A stretch of 64,000 bases of DNA from an uncultured Enterobacteriaceae bacterium (GCA_964612335.1 CAZTDU010000014.1:288-64287), one strand, 5' to 3'; positions 31,455 through 40,448 are shown, numbered from the stretch's first letter. The notes: a model not told the origin generated them from the sequence alone. Program-made: numbers and translations.

Positions 31455-33200
31455 ATGCAGCAACACGCACACCCGTCGGCGCGCACGCGCGGACAGTTCC
31501 TCCGCGCGTTCTGGTCCCTGACGCGCCCCTACTGGCAGTCCAGCCAGCGCGGCAAGGGCTTCGTGCTGCTCGCCGCGGTGATCTGCCTCGCGCTCGGCCT
31601 GGTATGGCTGGAGGTGCAGTTCAACGCCTGGTACAAGGACTTCTACGACAGCCTCGAAGCGAAGAACGCCGACAAGTTCTACGCCTCGCTGATGACCTTC
31701 ACGATGATCGGCTTCGGCTTCATCGTCGTGTACGTCTACAAGCTCTACCTGCAGCAGATGCTGCAGATCGAATGGCGCACCTGGCTCACCGAGACCTTTC
31801 TCGCCGACTGGCTGAAGGACCGCGCCTATTACCGGCTCGAGCTGCTCGACGCCGGCACCGACAACCCCGACCAGCGGATCGCCGAGGACCTGCGGCTGTT
31901 CGTCGACCTGACGCTGATGCTGTCGCTGGGTCTCTTGTCCGCGCTGGTGACGCTCGGGTCCTTCGCGTGGATCCTGTGGACGCTGTCCGGGCCGCTCGTG
32001 CTGCCGGAATCGATCCCGCTGGTCGGCGGCATGTCGATCCCGGGGTACCTCGTCTGGTGCGCGGTGCTGTACGCCGTGTTCGGCACCGCGTTCACGCACC
32101 TGATCGGCCGCCGGCTGATCAGGCTGGACTACGACCAGCAGCGCTTCGAGGCCGATTTCCGCTACAGCCTGGTGCGGCTGCGCGAGAACGCCGAGGGCGT
32201 GGCGCTGTACGGCGGCGAGCGCGACGAGAACGGCGTGTTCCGCACGCGCTTCTCGCACGTGATCACCAACTGGTGGGAGATCATGAAGAAGCGCAAGCAA
32301 CTGGGCTGGTTCACCTACTCGATCGACCAGCTCGCCATCGTGTTCCCGTACGTGGTGGTCGCGCCGCGCTATTTTTCCGGCGCGATCGCGCTCGGCACGC
32401 TGGTGCAGACCGCGACCGCGTTCGGCCAGGTGAGGAACGCGCTCTCCTGGTTCATCGAGGCCTACGTGCGGCTCGCCGAATGGAAGGCCACCGTGGACCG
32501 CCTGACAGGATTCGCCGAGGCGCTGGAGCGCGCGCGCATCGAGGCCGCGCGCCTGGACGGCGAGCGCACGGAAGGCTCGCGCGCGGGTGTGCTGTCGCTC
32601 GACGCATTGTCGGTGTCGCTGCCGCAGGGGAAACCGCTGCTCGCGCCCACGTCGCTGGAATTCAGGCAGGGCGAGCACGTGCTGGTCACCGGCGCCTCGG
32701 GGTCGGGCAAGTCGACGCTGTTCCGTTCGCTCGCCGGCATCTGGCCGTACTGGAAGGGGCGCATCGTGCTGCCGCGCGGCGCGCGGCTGCTGTTCCTGCC
32801 GCAGAAGCCATACTTTCCCATCGGTTCGCTGAAGCTCGCGGTGTGCTATCCGGGCGAAGCCGCGACGGTGGGCGACGACGAGGCGCGCGAGGCGCTCGAG
32901 GCGGTGGGCCTCGCGCACCTCGCCGGCGAACTCGAGCGCGAGGACGCATGGGGTCGCGTGCTCTCGGGCGGCGAGCAGCAGCGGCTGGCGTTCGCGCGCG
33001 CGCTCGTCAACCGGCCGGACTGGCTGTTCCTCGACGAAGCGACCGCGTCGCTGCCGGACGACGTGCAGGCGGCGCTGTACCGGCTGCTGCGCGAGCGGCT
33101 GCCCGGTACCACGCTGGTGTCGATCGGCCACCGGCCGGAGCTGGCCGCGTTCCACGACCGCCGGCTCGCCTGGCGCGGCGAAGCGCTGGCGGCGACCTAG
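31455..33200 (+). CDS. ABC transporter fused permease/ATPase (YddA / SbmA-BacA-like)
   Basis: DNPDQRIAED, EADFRYSLVR.RENAE, GASGSGKS, LSGGEQQR, FLDEAT. Confidence 0.9.
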   Translation: MQQHAHPSARTRGQFLRAFWSLTRPYWQSSQRGKGFVLLAAVICLALGLVWLEVQFNAWYKDFYDSLEAKNADKFYASLMTFTMIGFGFIVVYVYKLYLQQMLQIEWRTWLTETFLADWLKDRAYYRLELLDAGTDNPDQRIAEDLRLFVDLTLMLSLGLLSALVTLGSFAWILWTLSGPLVLPESIPLVGGMSIPGYLVWCAVLYAVFGTAFTHLIGRRLIRLDYDQQRFEADFRYSLVRLRENAEGVALYGGERDENGVFRTRFSHVITNWWEIMKKRKQLGWFTYSIDQLAIVFPYVVVAPRYFSGAIALGTLVQTATAFGQVRNALSWFIEAYVRLAEWKATVDRLTGFAEALERARIEAARLDGERTEGSRAGVLSLDALSVSLPQGKPLLAPTSLEFRQGEHVLVTGASGSGKSTLFRSLAGIWPYWKGRIVLPRGARLLFLPQKPYFPIGSLKLAVCYPGEAATVGDDEAREALEAVGLAHLAGELEREDAWGRVLSGGEQQRLAFARALVNRPDWLFLDEATASLPDDVQAALYRLLRERLPGTTLVSIGHRPELAAFHDRRLAWRGEALAAT

Positions 33201-33544
33201 CCGCCGTGCACGCGGCGCGAGTCCTCGGGCGCCTGCGCGCGCTCGTGCATGTCGTAGTCGCGCAGCACCTGCGCGACGCGCAGCCGGTAGCCGGCGAAGA
33301 GCCCGCCGCGGCCGGCTTCCTGCGCGCGGCGGTGTTCTTCCAGGTTGCGCCACTGGCGCACCGCATCCTCGTCGCGCCAGTAGGACAGCGACAGCATCCT
33401 GCCCGGCTGCGACAGGCTCTCGAAGCGTTCGATGGAGATGAAGCCGTCGGCCTTCTCCAGCAGCGGGCGCAGGCTCGCCGCGGTGTCCAGGTAGGCCTGC
33501 CTCGACTCGGCCTGCGGTTCGAATTCGAAGATGACTGCGATCAT
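33197..33544 (-). CDS. Antibiotic biosynthesis monooxygenase family protein
   Basis: MIAVIFE..P, GFISIERFES, LSLSYWRDE..WRN..EHRRAQ..GR. Confidence 0.88.
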   Translation of the reverse strand: MIAVIFEFEPQAESRQAYLDTAASLRPLLEKADGFISIERFESLSQPGRMLSLSYWRDEDAVRQWRNLEEHRRAQEAGRGGLFAGYRLRVAQVLRDYDMHERAQAPEDSRRVHGG

Positions 33545-33681
33545 GTCTGCGCCTCGCGTACTCGCCGGGTTGCGATGCCGCGCAGCATAAGCCCTTGCGC
33601 GGGCGAGGCGCGGGCTGGCCGCATGCCGGCGCGCGGCGGTAGCATCGGGCGGTCCATGGACCGGGGCCGGGAACACGCGCG

Positions 33682-33951
33682 ATGACACTGGGGGAACGCC
33701 TGCGCTGGGCGAGCGCGCCGATCCAGCGGCGCAGCCTCGCGTTGCTGTGGGGTGGCCTCGCCGCGTTCCTTGCCGCGGGCTGGCTCTTCACCATGGCGGA
33801 CCTGCCCGGCGCCGCCGGCCTGCTGCTCTACCCGTTGCTCGTCGCGAGCTGGGTCGCGGCGATGTGCGGCGCGATCGGCTACGTGCGCTGGATGCTCGCC
33901 GATGCGCGCGCCGACGCGGCGAGGGAGGTTCAACCGCCGCGCGAGGATTGA
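33682..33951 (+). CDS. Small two-TM hypothetical protein
   Basis: Two hydrophobic helices, GC-typical codon usage. Confidence 0.55.
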   Translation: MTLGERLRWASAPIQRRSLALLWGGLAAFLAAGWLFTMADLPGAAGLLLYPLLVASWVAAMCGAIGYVRWMLADARADAAREVQPPRED

Positions 33952-33981
33952 GCGCGGGCTTCGTGTTAGCTTCGCGGGACC

Positions 33982-34287
33982 ATGATCTTCCTCGTCATCA
34001 GCCATCCGCGCCCCGAGCGCCCGTCCATGGTCGCGCCGCGGCGCATGGATTTCTGGCGCTGGATCGCGCCCAAGCTCAAATCCCGCGAGGCGCTGTGGGC
34101 CTACCCGCGCGTCGGCCGCGGCGTCGCCGCCGCCTTCGACGTCGCCTCGCACGAGGCGCTGCACGCGCTGCTCACCGAGTGGGCCGAGATGGTGCCTGCC
34201 GAGTTCGACGTCTATCCGCTGCTGGACGCCGCGAAGGCGCAGCGCATGCTCGGCGCGCCGCGCCGCGCGAAGAAGAAACACCGCTAG
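33982..34287 (+). CDS. Hypothetical protein (DUF3303 / ferredoxin-like fold candidate)
   Basis: AAAFDVASHEALHALLTEW...FDVYPL pattern. Confidence 0.55.
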   Translation: MIFLVISHPRPERPSMVAPRRMDFWRWIAPKLKSREALWAYPRVGRGVAAAFDVASHEALHALLTEWAEMVPAEFDVYPLLDAAKAQRMLGAPRRAKKKHR

Positions 34288-34303
34288 GAGCCTGGAGCCC
34301 GCG

Positions 34304-34978
34304 ATGCGCATCGGCATGCTGATCTTTCCCGACATGACGCAACTGGATTTCACCGGCCCGTACGAGGTGTTCTCGCAGGTCCCCGGCGCCACGCTGCACG
34401 TGATCGCCGCGGGCGCGCAGCCGGTGGCCGCGAAGGGCGGGCTGAAGTTCGTCCCGGACACCACGCTCGCGGATGCGCCGCAGCTCGACCTGGTGTTCGT
34501 GCCCGGCGGCCCGGGCGTGGGCGCGCTGATGGAGGATCGCGCGGTGCTGGAGTTCCTGCGCCGCCAGGCGGAGAAAGCGCAGTACGTCACCGCGGTGTGC
34601 ACCGGCGCGCTGGTGCTGGGCGCGGCGGGCCTCCTGAAGGGCTACCGCGCGGCGACGCACTGGCTGTCGATGGACCTGCTGCCGGTGTTCGGCGCGATCC
34701 CCGTCGCCGAGCGCGTCGTCATCGACCGCAACCGCATCACCGGCGGCGGCGTCACCGCCGGCATCGACTTCGCGCTCGTCATCGCCGGCAAGGTGGCGGG
34801 CGAGGACGTGGCCAAGTCGATACAACTGCTGATCGAATACAACCCCGCGCCGCCCTGGGCCTGCGGCCACCCAGCCACCGCCGACCCCGGCGTGGTCGAC
34901 AAGGTGCGCCAGCAGCGCGCGCCGATGCAGGCCGCGCGCCTCGCGCAGGCAAAGCGCGCTGCGGAGCTGTATTGCTGA
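34304..34978 (+). CDS. inhA: DJ-1/PfpI family protein, isonitrile hydratase-like
   Basis: QLDFTGP, VPGGPGV..LMED, VCTGA nucleophile, GGGVTAGIDFA, QLLIEYNPAPP. Confidence 0.75.
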   Translation: MRIGMLIFPDMTQLDFTGPYEVFSQVPGATLHVIAAGAQPVAAKGGLKFVPDTTLADAPQLDLVFVPGGPGVGALMEDRAVLEFLRRQAEKAQYVTAVCTGALVLGAAGLLKGYRAATHWLSMDLLPVFGAIPVAERVVIDRNRITGGGVTAGIDFALVIAGKVAGEDVAKSIQLLIEYNPAPPWACGHPATADPGVVDKVRQQRAPMQAARLAQAKRAAELYC

Positions 34979-35042
34979 GCGGTCGCCTTCACACGTGATG
35001 CGCGCCCTGTCGGCCACCCCCGGAGTTGGGTAGGATAAAAAT

Positions 35043-35264
35043 ATGAGCGCAGCCCTGAAGAGCCTTGGAATCGAGCGCCTCAGCGTTGACGAGAGAATTG
35101 CGCTCGTTGAAGAAATATGGGACAGCATCGCCGAGGTGACACCCCTTACCGAGGCACAGCGCCGGGAACTGGATCGGCGGCTGGAGGATCACGAAGCGAA
35201 CCCGGATGACGTAGTGCCCTGGGAGGCCGTCAAGGCGGCCATCGAAGCGCGCCTGAAGAGATGA
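35043..35264 (+). CDS. Addiction module antitoxin (TIGR02574-like)
   Basis: LSVDERIALVEEIWDSI...QRRELDRRL...VVPWEAVK; ATGA overlap with toxin. Confidence 0.88.
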   Translation: MSAALKSLGIERLSVDERIALVEEIWDSIAEVTPLTEAQRRELDRRLEDHEANPDDVVPWEAVKAAIEARLKR

Positions 35265-35476
35265 CGCTCAAGGTCGTCTTTCGGCCAGCTGCCCGGGCCG
35301 AATTCGACGGCGCTTCTCTCTGGTACGAAGACCGGCAACCCGGTCTGGGAATTCAGTTCGTGGCGGAGATCGACCGTGTAATCGATCTCGCGTCCAGGTA
35401 CCCCGACCGGTACCCGGTCAAGCATAAAGAGATCCGCTGCATTCCGGCGCGTCGCTTTCCCTATTCGATGTTCTAC
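35261..35476 (+). pseudogene. RelE/ParE family toxin, C-terminally truncated, no stop codon
   Basis: VVFRPAARAEF..WYE..GLG..F..RRFPYSMFY, then unrelated sequence; the usual last beta-strand and basic tail are missing. Confidence 0.65.
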
Positions 35477-35608
35477 ACGCGCTCGATTCGCGCGGGCGCG
35501 CCGAACCGGCTGAATGCGGGGAGAATCCGAATCCCGCAAGCCTCTGCTTCAGGCCGGTACGGAAACGGGGGCAGTTGCGCGATGCGCCTTCAGACCCGGA
35601 GCTTGTCC

Positions 35609-36490
35609 ATGAGCACCAGACCGATCGTCATATGCGCGTTCCTGGTGATGGCCTTCGGGCTTGCCGTTCAGGATGCGCACTCCCAGCAACGGCCAAAGCT
35701 GAACTGGGAAACGATCTGGATCCCGGCGAACGAGCGCGGCGTCCAGGATCCGGTCCGGGACATCAAGCTCGAAGCGAACATCGTCAAGCCGGACGGCAAG
35801 GGTCCTTTCCCGGTCGCCATCATCAGTCATGGCTCGACCGGGCGGGGTCGCGTCCCGGTCAGCCAGACGCTGCGGTCGGATTTCGTCGCAAGCGAGTTCC
35901 TCAAGCACGGCTTCGCGGTCGTCGCGCCGATGCGCAGCGGCCGCGGACAATCGGGCGGCGCGTACGACGAGCCCTACGACTGCGATGGCGCCGCGGCTGC
36001 CGGCGGCTTGCAGAACGCGATGCGGGATACCGACCACGTGGTGGCGTACGTGAGGACGCGGCCCGAGTTCGACATCTCGCGCCTGGTGCTGTCCGGAAAC
36101 TCGCGCGGCGGCATCCTCTCGGTGCTGTATGCGTCGCAGCGGCCGGGCGTGGCGCGCGGTGTGGTCAACTTTGTCGGCGTCTGGACGAACGACACCTGCT
36201 CGAACCGGGCCGGAGGATTCAACGAGAAGGTCTTCAGGGACGCCGGAACCGCTTCGGCAGCCGCGCACGTTCCCATGCTCTTCCTCTACGCGGGGAACGA
36301 CAGCCACTACGCGCCGGACTCGGCGAGGAACTTCGCCGCGCTTGTCCAGCAATCCGGAGGAAGCGTGCAGTTGCAGCTGTACGGCGCGGTCGGCAGCGAC
36401 GGCCACCGGCTGTTCGCGCATCCGGACGTCTGGGGGCCGGATTTCCATGGTTTCCTCGACAAGCTCGGGTTTCCCCGAGTCAGGGAGTGA
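35609..36490 (+). CDS. Secreted dienelactone hydrolase / peptidase S9-like alpha/beta hydrolase
   Basis: Signal peptide, GPFPVAIISHG, SGNSRGG, LYAGND, GH; GGAG RBS. Confidence 0.75.
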   Translation: MSTRPIVICAFLVMAFGLAVQDAHSQQRPKLNWETIWIPANERGVQDPVRDIKLEANIVKPDGKGPFPVAIISHGSTGRGRVPVSQTLRSDFVASEFLKHGFAVVAPMRSGRGQSGGAYDEPYDCDGAAAAGGLQNAMRDTDHVVAYVRTRPEFDISRLVLSGNSRGGILSVLYASQRPGVARGVVNFVGVWTNDTCSNRAGGFNEKVFRDAGTASAAAHVPMLFLYAGNDSHYAPDSARNFAALVQQSGGSVQLQLYGAVGSDGHRLFAHPDVWGPDFHGFLDKLGFPRVRE

Positions 36491-36610
36491 TGGCGCACCC
36501 GGCAGGCCGGAAGCGAAGGTCCGTGCCCGGCCGCGTGCGCAGGCTTGCGCGCAAGGAGTCGCACATGGCCACGACAATCGCGATCGATCCGGCGCTTCGG
36601 CGCGGCACCG

Positions 36611-36910
36611 ATGGCATCCACTGATCCCGCGACGCCCGAGCCGCGCGCCGAGGCATCGCGCGGCAGGGAGATCCTGGTCGACGCCGCGCAGCGCGAACGC
36701 GAGCGCAGCGCGCTGCGAAAAATCCGCGACAAGCTGAACGCGATCGGCAAGGAGGAGGACGAACTGCGCCGGCACCGGCGCATCGCCCTGTGGATCGCCG
36801 TCGCGCTGCTCATCGTGGCAGCAGCGCTGCTGGCGAACCTGCTGGTCAAGCCGAAGGAACTGTCCGGCCCGCCAATCCAGATCCCCGCGCCCGCGCCGCA
36901 AGCGAAGTGA
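36611..36910 (+). CDS. Hypothetical coiled-coil protein with C-terminal TM helix
   Basis: Charged helix followed by IALWIAVALLIVAAALLANLLV. Confidence 0.55.
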   Translation: MASTDPATPEPRAEASRGREILVDAAQRERERSALRKIRDKLNAIGKEEDELRRHRRIALWIAVALLIVAAALLANLLVKPKELSGPPIQIPAPAPQAK

Positions 36911-37069
36911 AACCCGGCGGCGCGGGTTCGCCGCCTTGCACTAGCGTCATGGCGGGATTGGCAAGCGGTTCGCGCGATGCTGTTATCGAAGTGTTTCCCC
37001 GGCCGGTGTGAGCTAACGCACCGCGCGGGATGGAAGAACCGCGGTCGCGAGGGCAGAATAGGGGCGGTG

Positions 37070-37117
37070 TTAGTTGACAGATCTGTCAACTAATTTGTCA
37101 ACCAATACACGTTAGGC
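37070..37117 (+). other. attI-like integron site: 24-bp perfect palindrome, extra TGTCAAC repeat and GTTAGGC core
   Basis: TTAGTTGACAGATCTGTCAACTAA (37070-37093), TGTCAAC again at 37096, GTTAGGC at 37111. Confidence 0.5.
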
Positions 37118-37693
37118 TGCACAACAGTGACCGCCGAGATTGTTATCGCCGCTATCGGCGTCATCGTTTCCGTTTTGGTGTACGTCGCTGGGGTGAAGAG
37201 AGGCGAGCGGCAAGAGCGTCTTCGGCAGGAGCATGAACGGAGATTGCAGGACACCCGGCAAGCTCATGAGCGCCAGCTAGAGGGTGACCGTCAAGAGCAT
37301 GAGCGGCAGTTGGAGCATGAAAGGCAGCAGCAACAGCTGGCTTCAAAAGTTGCCGATGAATACGTTGATATGGTTCGCCGACGCTATGACTCAGGAATAT
37401 CGGCAATGTCCCGCCTTAACCTAGCCTCGCTAGGCTCGGATGGGTTAATACGTAGAGCAATAGAGGAAATGGGAGCTAGGACCGGAAGAGATCCATGGGG
37501 TGCTTTCGCACCGCAGGTGCAAGACCTAGACCTCATGGCGTTCTTTTCGTATGTACGGGACCGACGCGTCAAATTCTCAGAGACGCCGCTCGAGAATGTC
37601 ATTGAAAAGGTTCGTCGCGCTGGAGGTGTGCGTACTGCCTAACCGCGCGTTCGAAGGGGCGCGCATGAAGCTGCGCGCCCTTCAACGCGGACG
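37111..37693 (+). mobile_element. Integron gene cassette
   Basis: Starts at GTTAGGC core; single promoterless ORF; ends in an attC whose R'' (GCCTAAC) is the exact complement of the 5' core. Confidence 0.85.
37127..37642 (+). CDS. Cassette-borne hypothetical protein with N-terminal TM helix and 11-aa repeats
   Basis: Low-GC ORF; RQEHERRLQDT/RQAHERQLEGD/RQEHERQLEHE repeats; TAA stop inside attC R''. Confidence 0.8.
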   Translation: MTAEIVIAAIGVIVSVLVYVAGVKRGERQERLRQEHERRLQDTRQAHERQLEGDRQEHERQLEHERQQQQLASKVADEYVDMVRRRYDSGISAMSRLNLASLGSDGLIRRAIEEMGARTGRDPWGAFAPQVQDLDLMAFFSYVRDRRVKFSETPLENVIEKVRRAGGVRTA

Positions 37694-37699
37694 TTGAAC
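37637..37699 (+). mobile_element. attC recombination site (63 bp)
   Basis: R'' GCCTAAC, 5-nt spacer, L'' GTTCGAAG (extra base), central stem, L' CTTCAAC, 6-nt spacer, R' GTTGAAC. Confidence 0.88.
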
Positions 37700-37744
37700 C
37701 GAGAAGTTCGGGTCGGCGTACAATTTGCCGCCTGAGGATCCGCC

Positions 37745-37945
37745 ATGAGCGAAGTCGAGCAGATCGAGGCCCGCATCAGGAAACTGTCGCCTGAGGAACT
37801 GGCGAGGCTGCGGGCATGGTTCGCGGAGTTCGACGCGAAGGCCTGGGACCGGCAGATCGAAGCGGACTCCAAGGCAGGAAAACTCGATCAACTCATCGAG
37901 AAGTCCAAGGCGGAGCACAAGGCGGGGAAGAGCACCCCGCTTTGA
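37745..37945 (+). CDS. Putative type II antitoxin
   Basis: 66-aa helical protein (LSPEELARLRAWFAEFD..WDRQIEAD..AGKLD) overlapping the toxin start. Confidence 0.75.
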   Translation: MSEVEQIEARIRKLSPEELARLRAWFAEFDAKAWDRQIEADSKAGKLDQLIEKSKAEHKAGKSTPL

Positions 37946-38196
37946 AGCACTGGGCCTCCGCAGGCTTCTGGGCCTGCTACGACGCCCTGCCTGCCAGGGT
38001 ACGCGCTACCGCGGACAAGAACTTCGAGTTGCTGAAAACCGACCCGAGACATCCGTCGCTTCACTTCAAGCGGGTCGGAACCGTCTGGTCCGCTCGCGTG
38101 GGTGAGGGCTATCGGGCACTCGCGCACGACGTCGAGGGCGGCATCAAGTGGTTCTGGATCGGCTCGCATGCGGAGTACGACAAGTTGATTGGCTAA
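37942..38196 (+). CDS. ParE/RelE-like toxin
   Basis: TTG start; FWACYDALP..ADKNFELLK.DPRHPSLHFK...WFWIGSHAEYD. Confidence 0.8.
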   Translation: MKHWASAGFWACYDALPARVRATADKNFELLKTDPRHPSLHFKRVGTVWSARVGEGYRALAHDVEGGIKWFWIGSHAEYDKLIG

Positions 38197-38246
38197 GCAC
38201 CCGCCACCGCCGGGAGGCATGACGGGACGTCAAGAAAGAGGAATGG

Positions 38247-39023
38247 ATGGATCTGGGCCTGAAAGGCAAGTTCGCCCTCGTCACCGGGGGCAGCATGGGA
38301 ATCGGCAAGGCGGCGGCGCTGGCGCTGGCGGCGGAAGGCTGCCGCATCGCCATCGGCGCGCGCGGCAGGGAGGCGCTCGACGCCGCCGCGGCGGAAATCG
38401 GCGGCGGCACGCTGGCGGTGCAGGTGGACTGCACCAAACCCGCCGACATCCGCCGCATGGTGGACGAAGTCGTCGCGCGCTTCGGCCGCATCGACGTGCT
38501 GGTCAACAGCGTCGGCTCGGCCAAGTCCGGCAACTTCCTCGAGCTCGCCGACGAGGACTGGCGCTCGAGCCTCGACCTCAAGCTCTACGGCATCGTGCAC
38601 ACCTGCCGCGAGGTCGTGCCGCACATGCGGCGCCAGCGCTGGGGGCGCATCGTCAACGTCATCGGCCATCGCGGCCGCCAGCCCGAGACGCAGGCCATGC
38701 CCGCGGGCGTGGCCAATGCCGGCCTGATCAACTTCACCAAGGCGCTCGGCGACGAGGTGGTGCGCGACGGCATCCTCGTCAACGGCGTCAGCCCCTGCCC
38801 GATGGAGACGCGGCGCCTGGACTACATGGTGCAGGCCAAGGCCGCGATGATGGGCATCTCGGAAGAGGCGGCGCGCGACGAATTCCTGCACGACATCCCG
38901 ATCGGCCGCTTCGCGCGGCCCGAGGAGATCGCGCCGCTGATCGCCTTCCTCGCGTCCGAGCGGAACAGCTACATCAGCGGTACCACCATCGCCATCGACG
39001 GCGGCGCCACGCGCACCGCCTGA
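38247..39023 (+). CDS. SDR family oxidoreductase
   Basis: TGGSMGIG, DVLVNS, VNGVSP, GRFARPEEIA; catalytic Tyr not obvious. Confidence 0.88.
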   Translation: MDLGLKGKFALVTGGSMGIGKAAALALAAEGCRIAIGARGREALDAAAAEIGGGTLAVQVDCTKPADIRRMVDEVVARFGRIDVLVNSVGSAKSGNFLELADEDWRSSLDLKLYGIVHTCREVVPHMRRQRWGRIVNVIGHRGRQPETQAMPAGVANAGLINFTKALGDEVVRDGILVNGVSPCPMETRRLDYMVQAKAAMMGISEEAARDEFLHDIPIGRFARPEEIAPLIAFLASERNSYISGTTIAIDGGATRTA

Positions 39024-39052
39024 CGGGCGCACGCCGCCGCGGAGAGGATCCC

Positions 39053-39463
39053 ATGTCCTACATCGAGGAATCGCTGTCCACCGGAGAGAAGGTCGAGGCG
39101 CGGTTCCGGCTGCACTGGGTGTCGAAGCTGCCGATGGTGATGTGGATCGTCCTCGGCATTCCGACGCTCGGGCTGACGTGGCTGGTGGCGATCTACGAGT
39201 ACCTGCGGCTCAGGTACATGGAGCAGGGCATCACGAACAAGCGCGTGATCCTCAAGCGCGGCATCATCAGCCGCAGGACCGAGGAAATGAAAATCGCGTC
39301 CATCGAGACCGTCGAGATCGACCAGGGGGTGTTCGGCCGCATGCTCGGCTTCGGCACCGTGAAGGTCACCGGGCGCGGCATCAGCGACGTGGTGTTCCGC
39401 GGCATGGACGATCCCATGGCGGTGAAGCGGCAGATCGAAAGCATCAGCCACCCGGCATCCTGA
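39053..39463 (+). CDS. Bacterial PH domain membrane protein
   Basis: ITNKRVILKRGIISR..EE..IETVEIDQG..GRMLGFGTV. Confidence 0.85.
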   Translation: MSYIEESLSTGEKVEARFRLHWVSKLPMVMWIVLGIPTLGLTWLVAIYEYLRLRYMEQGITNKRVILKRGIISRRTEEMKIASIETVEIDQGVFGRMLGFGTVKVTGRGISDVVFRGMDDPMAVKRQIESISHPAS

Positions 39464-39476
39464 GCCGGCGGTTCCC

Positions 39477-40448
39477 TCAGGCGTCGCCGCGCTGCGCCGC
39501 CGCGGTGCGCCGCAGGATGTCGATGAACACCTCCATCGCCGGGCTGCGCGGGCGCTTGGCGCGCGTGATCAGCGCGACCGGCCCGTAGAGGTCCTTCAGC
39601 GGCACCGGCAGTACGTGGATCAGCCGCAGGCGCGCGAAGTGGCGCGCGATGTCGGCCGGCATCACGCCGAGCATGCGCGTCTCCTGCAGCATCGTCAGGT
39701 TGGTCAGCAGCGACACCGATTCGATGGCGTTGCGCGGGCGCGCGCCGGCCTGCGCCATGAACAGGATGTCGAAGCGCTGGCGCACCGGCGCCGAGGGCGC
39801 GGGGAGGATCCAGCGCTCGCCCGCCAGCGCCGCCAGGCGCAAGCGGCCGGCGCGCGCGAGCGGGTTGCCGCGCCCGCAGACGATGCGGAAGTCGTCGCCG
39901 TAGAGCACCTCGTGCTCGAGGTCGTCCATCTGCGCGCCGCCCATCACGCGCCCGAGCATCAGGTCGATCTCGCCGCGCTTCAGCGCGCCGACCAGCATGT
40001 CGTGCGCGCCTTCCTGGATGGAGATGCGCAGCTCCGGCTGCAGCGCGGCGAGCGCGGCCACGCTGCGCGGCAGCACCACCGAGGCGGTGGAGGCCATGGC
40101 GCCGATGGTCAGCGTGCCGGCGGCACCCTCGGCGAGCGCGCGTATGCCCTCGTGCGCGGCGTCCAGGTCGGCGAGCAGCGCGTGCGCGCGCCGGATCATC
40201 TCGGCGCCGTACAGCGTCGGCTCCATGCCGCGGCGCGAGCGCTCGAAGAGCTTCACCCCCAGCGCCGCCTCGACCTCGTGCAGCAGGCGGGTCGCGGTGG
40301 GCTGCGTCATCGCCAGTTGCGCCGCGGCGCGGCGCAGGTTCCCGGATTCCCCCAGCACCGACACCAGCAGCAGCTGGCGCAGCTTGATGCGGTTGCGCAG
40401 GAACCAGGCGGGCGGGATGCGCGCGGCGGCGTCGGGCATGGCGGCCAT
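39477..40448 (-). CDS. LysR family regulator (PcaQ/GbpR-like)
   Basis: RIKLRQL..GNLRRAA..MTQPTATRLL..LFERSRRGM. Confidence 0.92.
   Translation of the reverse strand: MAAMPDAAARIPPAWFLRNRIKLRQLLLVSVLGESGNLRRAAAQLAMTQPTATRLLHEVEAALGVKLFERSRRGMEPTLYGAEMIRRAHALLADLDAAHEGIRALAEGAAGTLTIGAMASTASVVLPRSVAALAALQPELRISIQEGAHDMLVGALKRGEIDLMLGRVMGGAQMDDLEHEVLYGDDFRIVCGRGNPLARAGRLRLAALAGERWILPAPSAPVRQRFDILFMAQAGARPRNAIESVSLLTNLTMLQETRMLGVMPADIARHFARLRLIHVLPVPLKDLYGPVALITRAKRPRSPAMEVFIDILRRTAAAQRGDA

Noticed and set aside
36565-36624. 19-codon ORF (MATTIAIDPALRRGTDGIH) behind a strong AAGGAG
   Set aside because: No motif or other support; may be a truncated gene start; cannot be substantiated from sequence alone
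37013-37073. CTAAC...GTTAG imperfect inverted repeat as a second attC
   Set aside because: R'' does not fit RYYYAAC and no complementary L boxes can be placed
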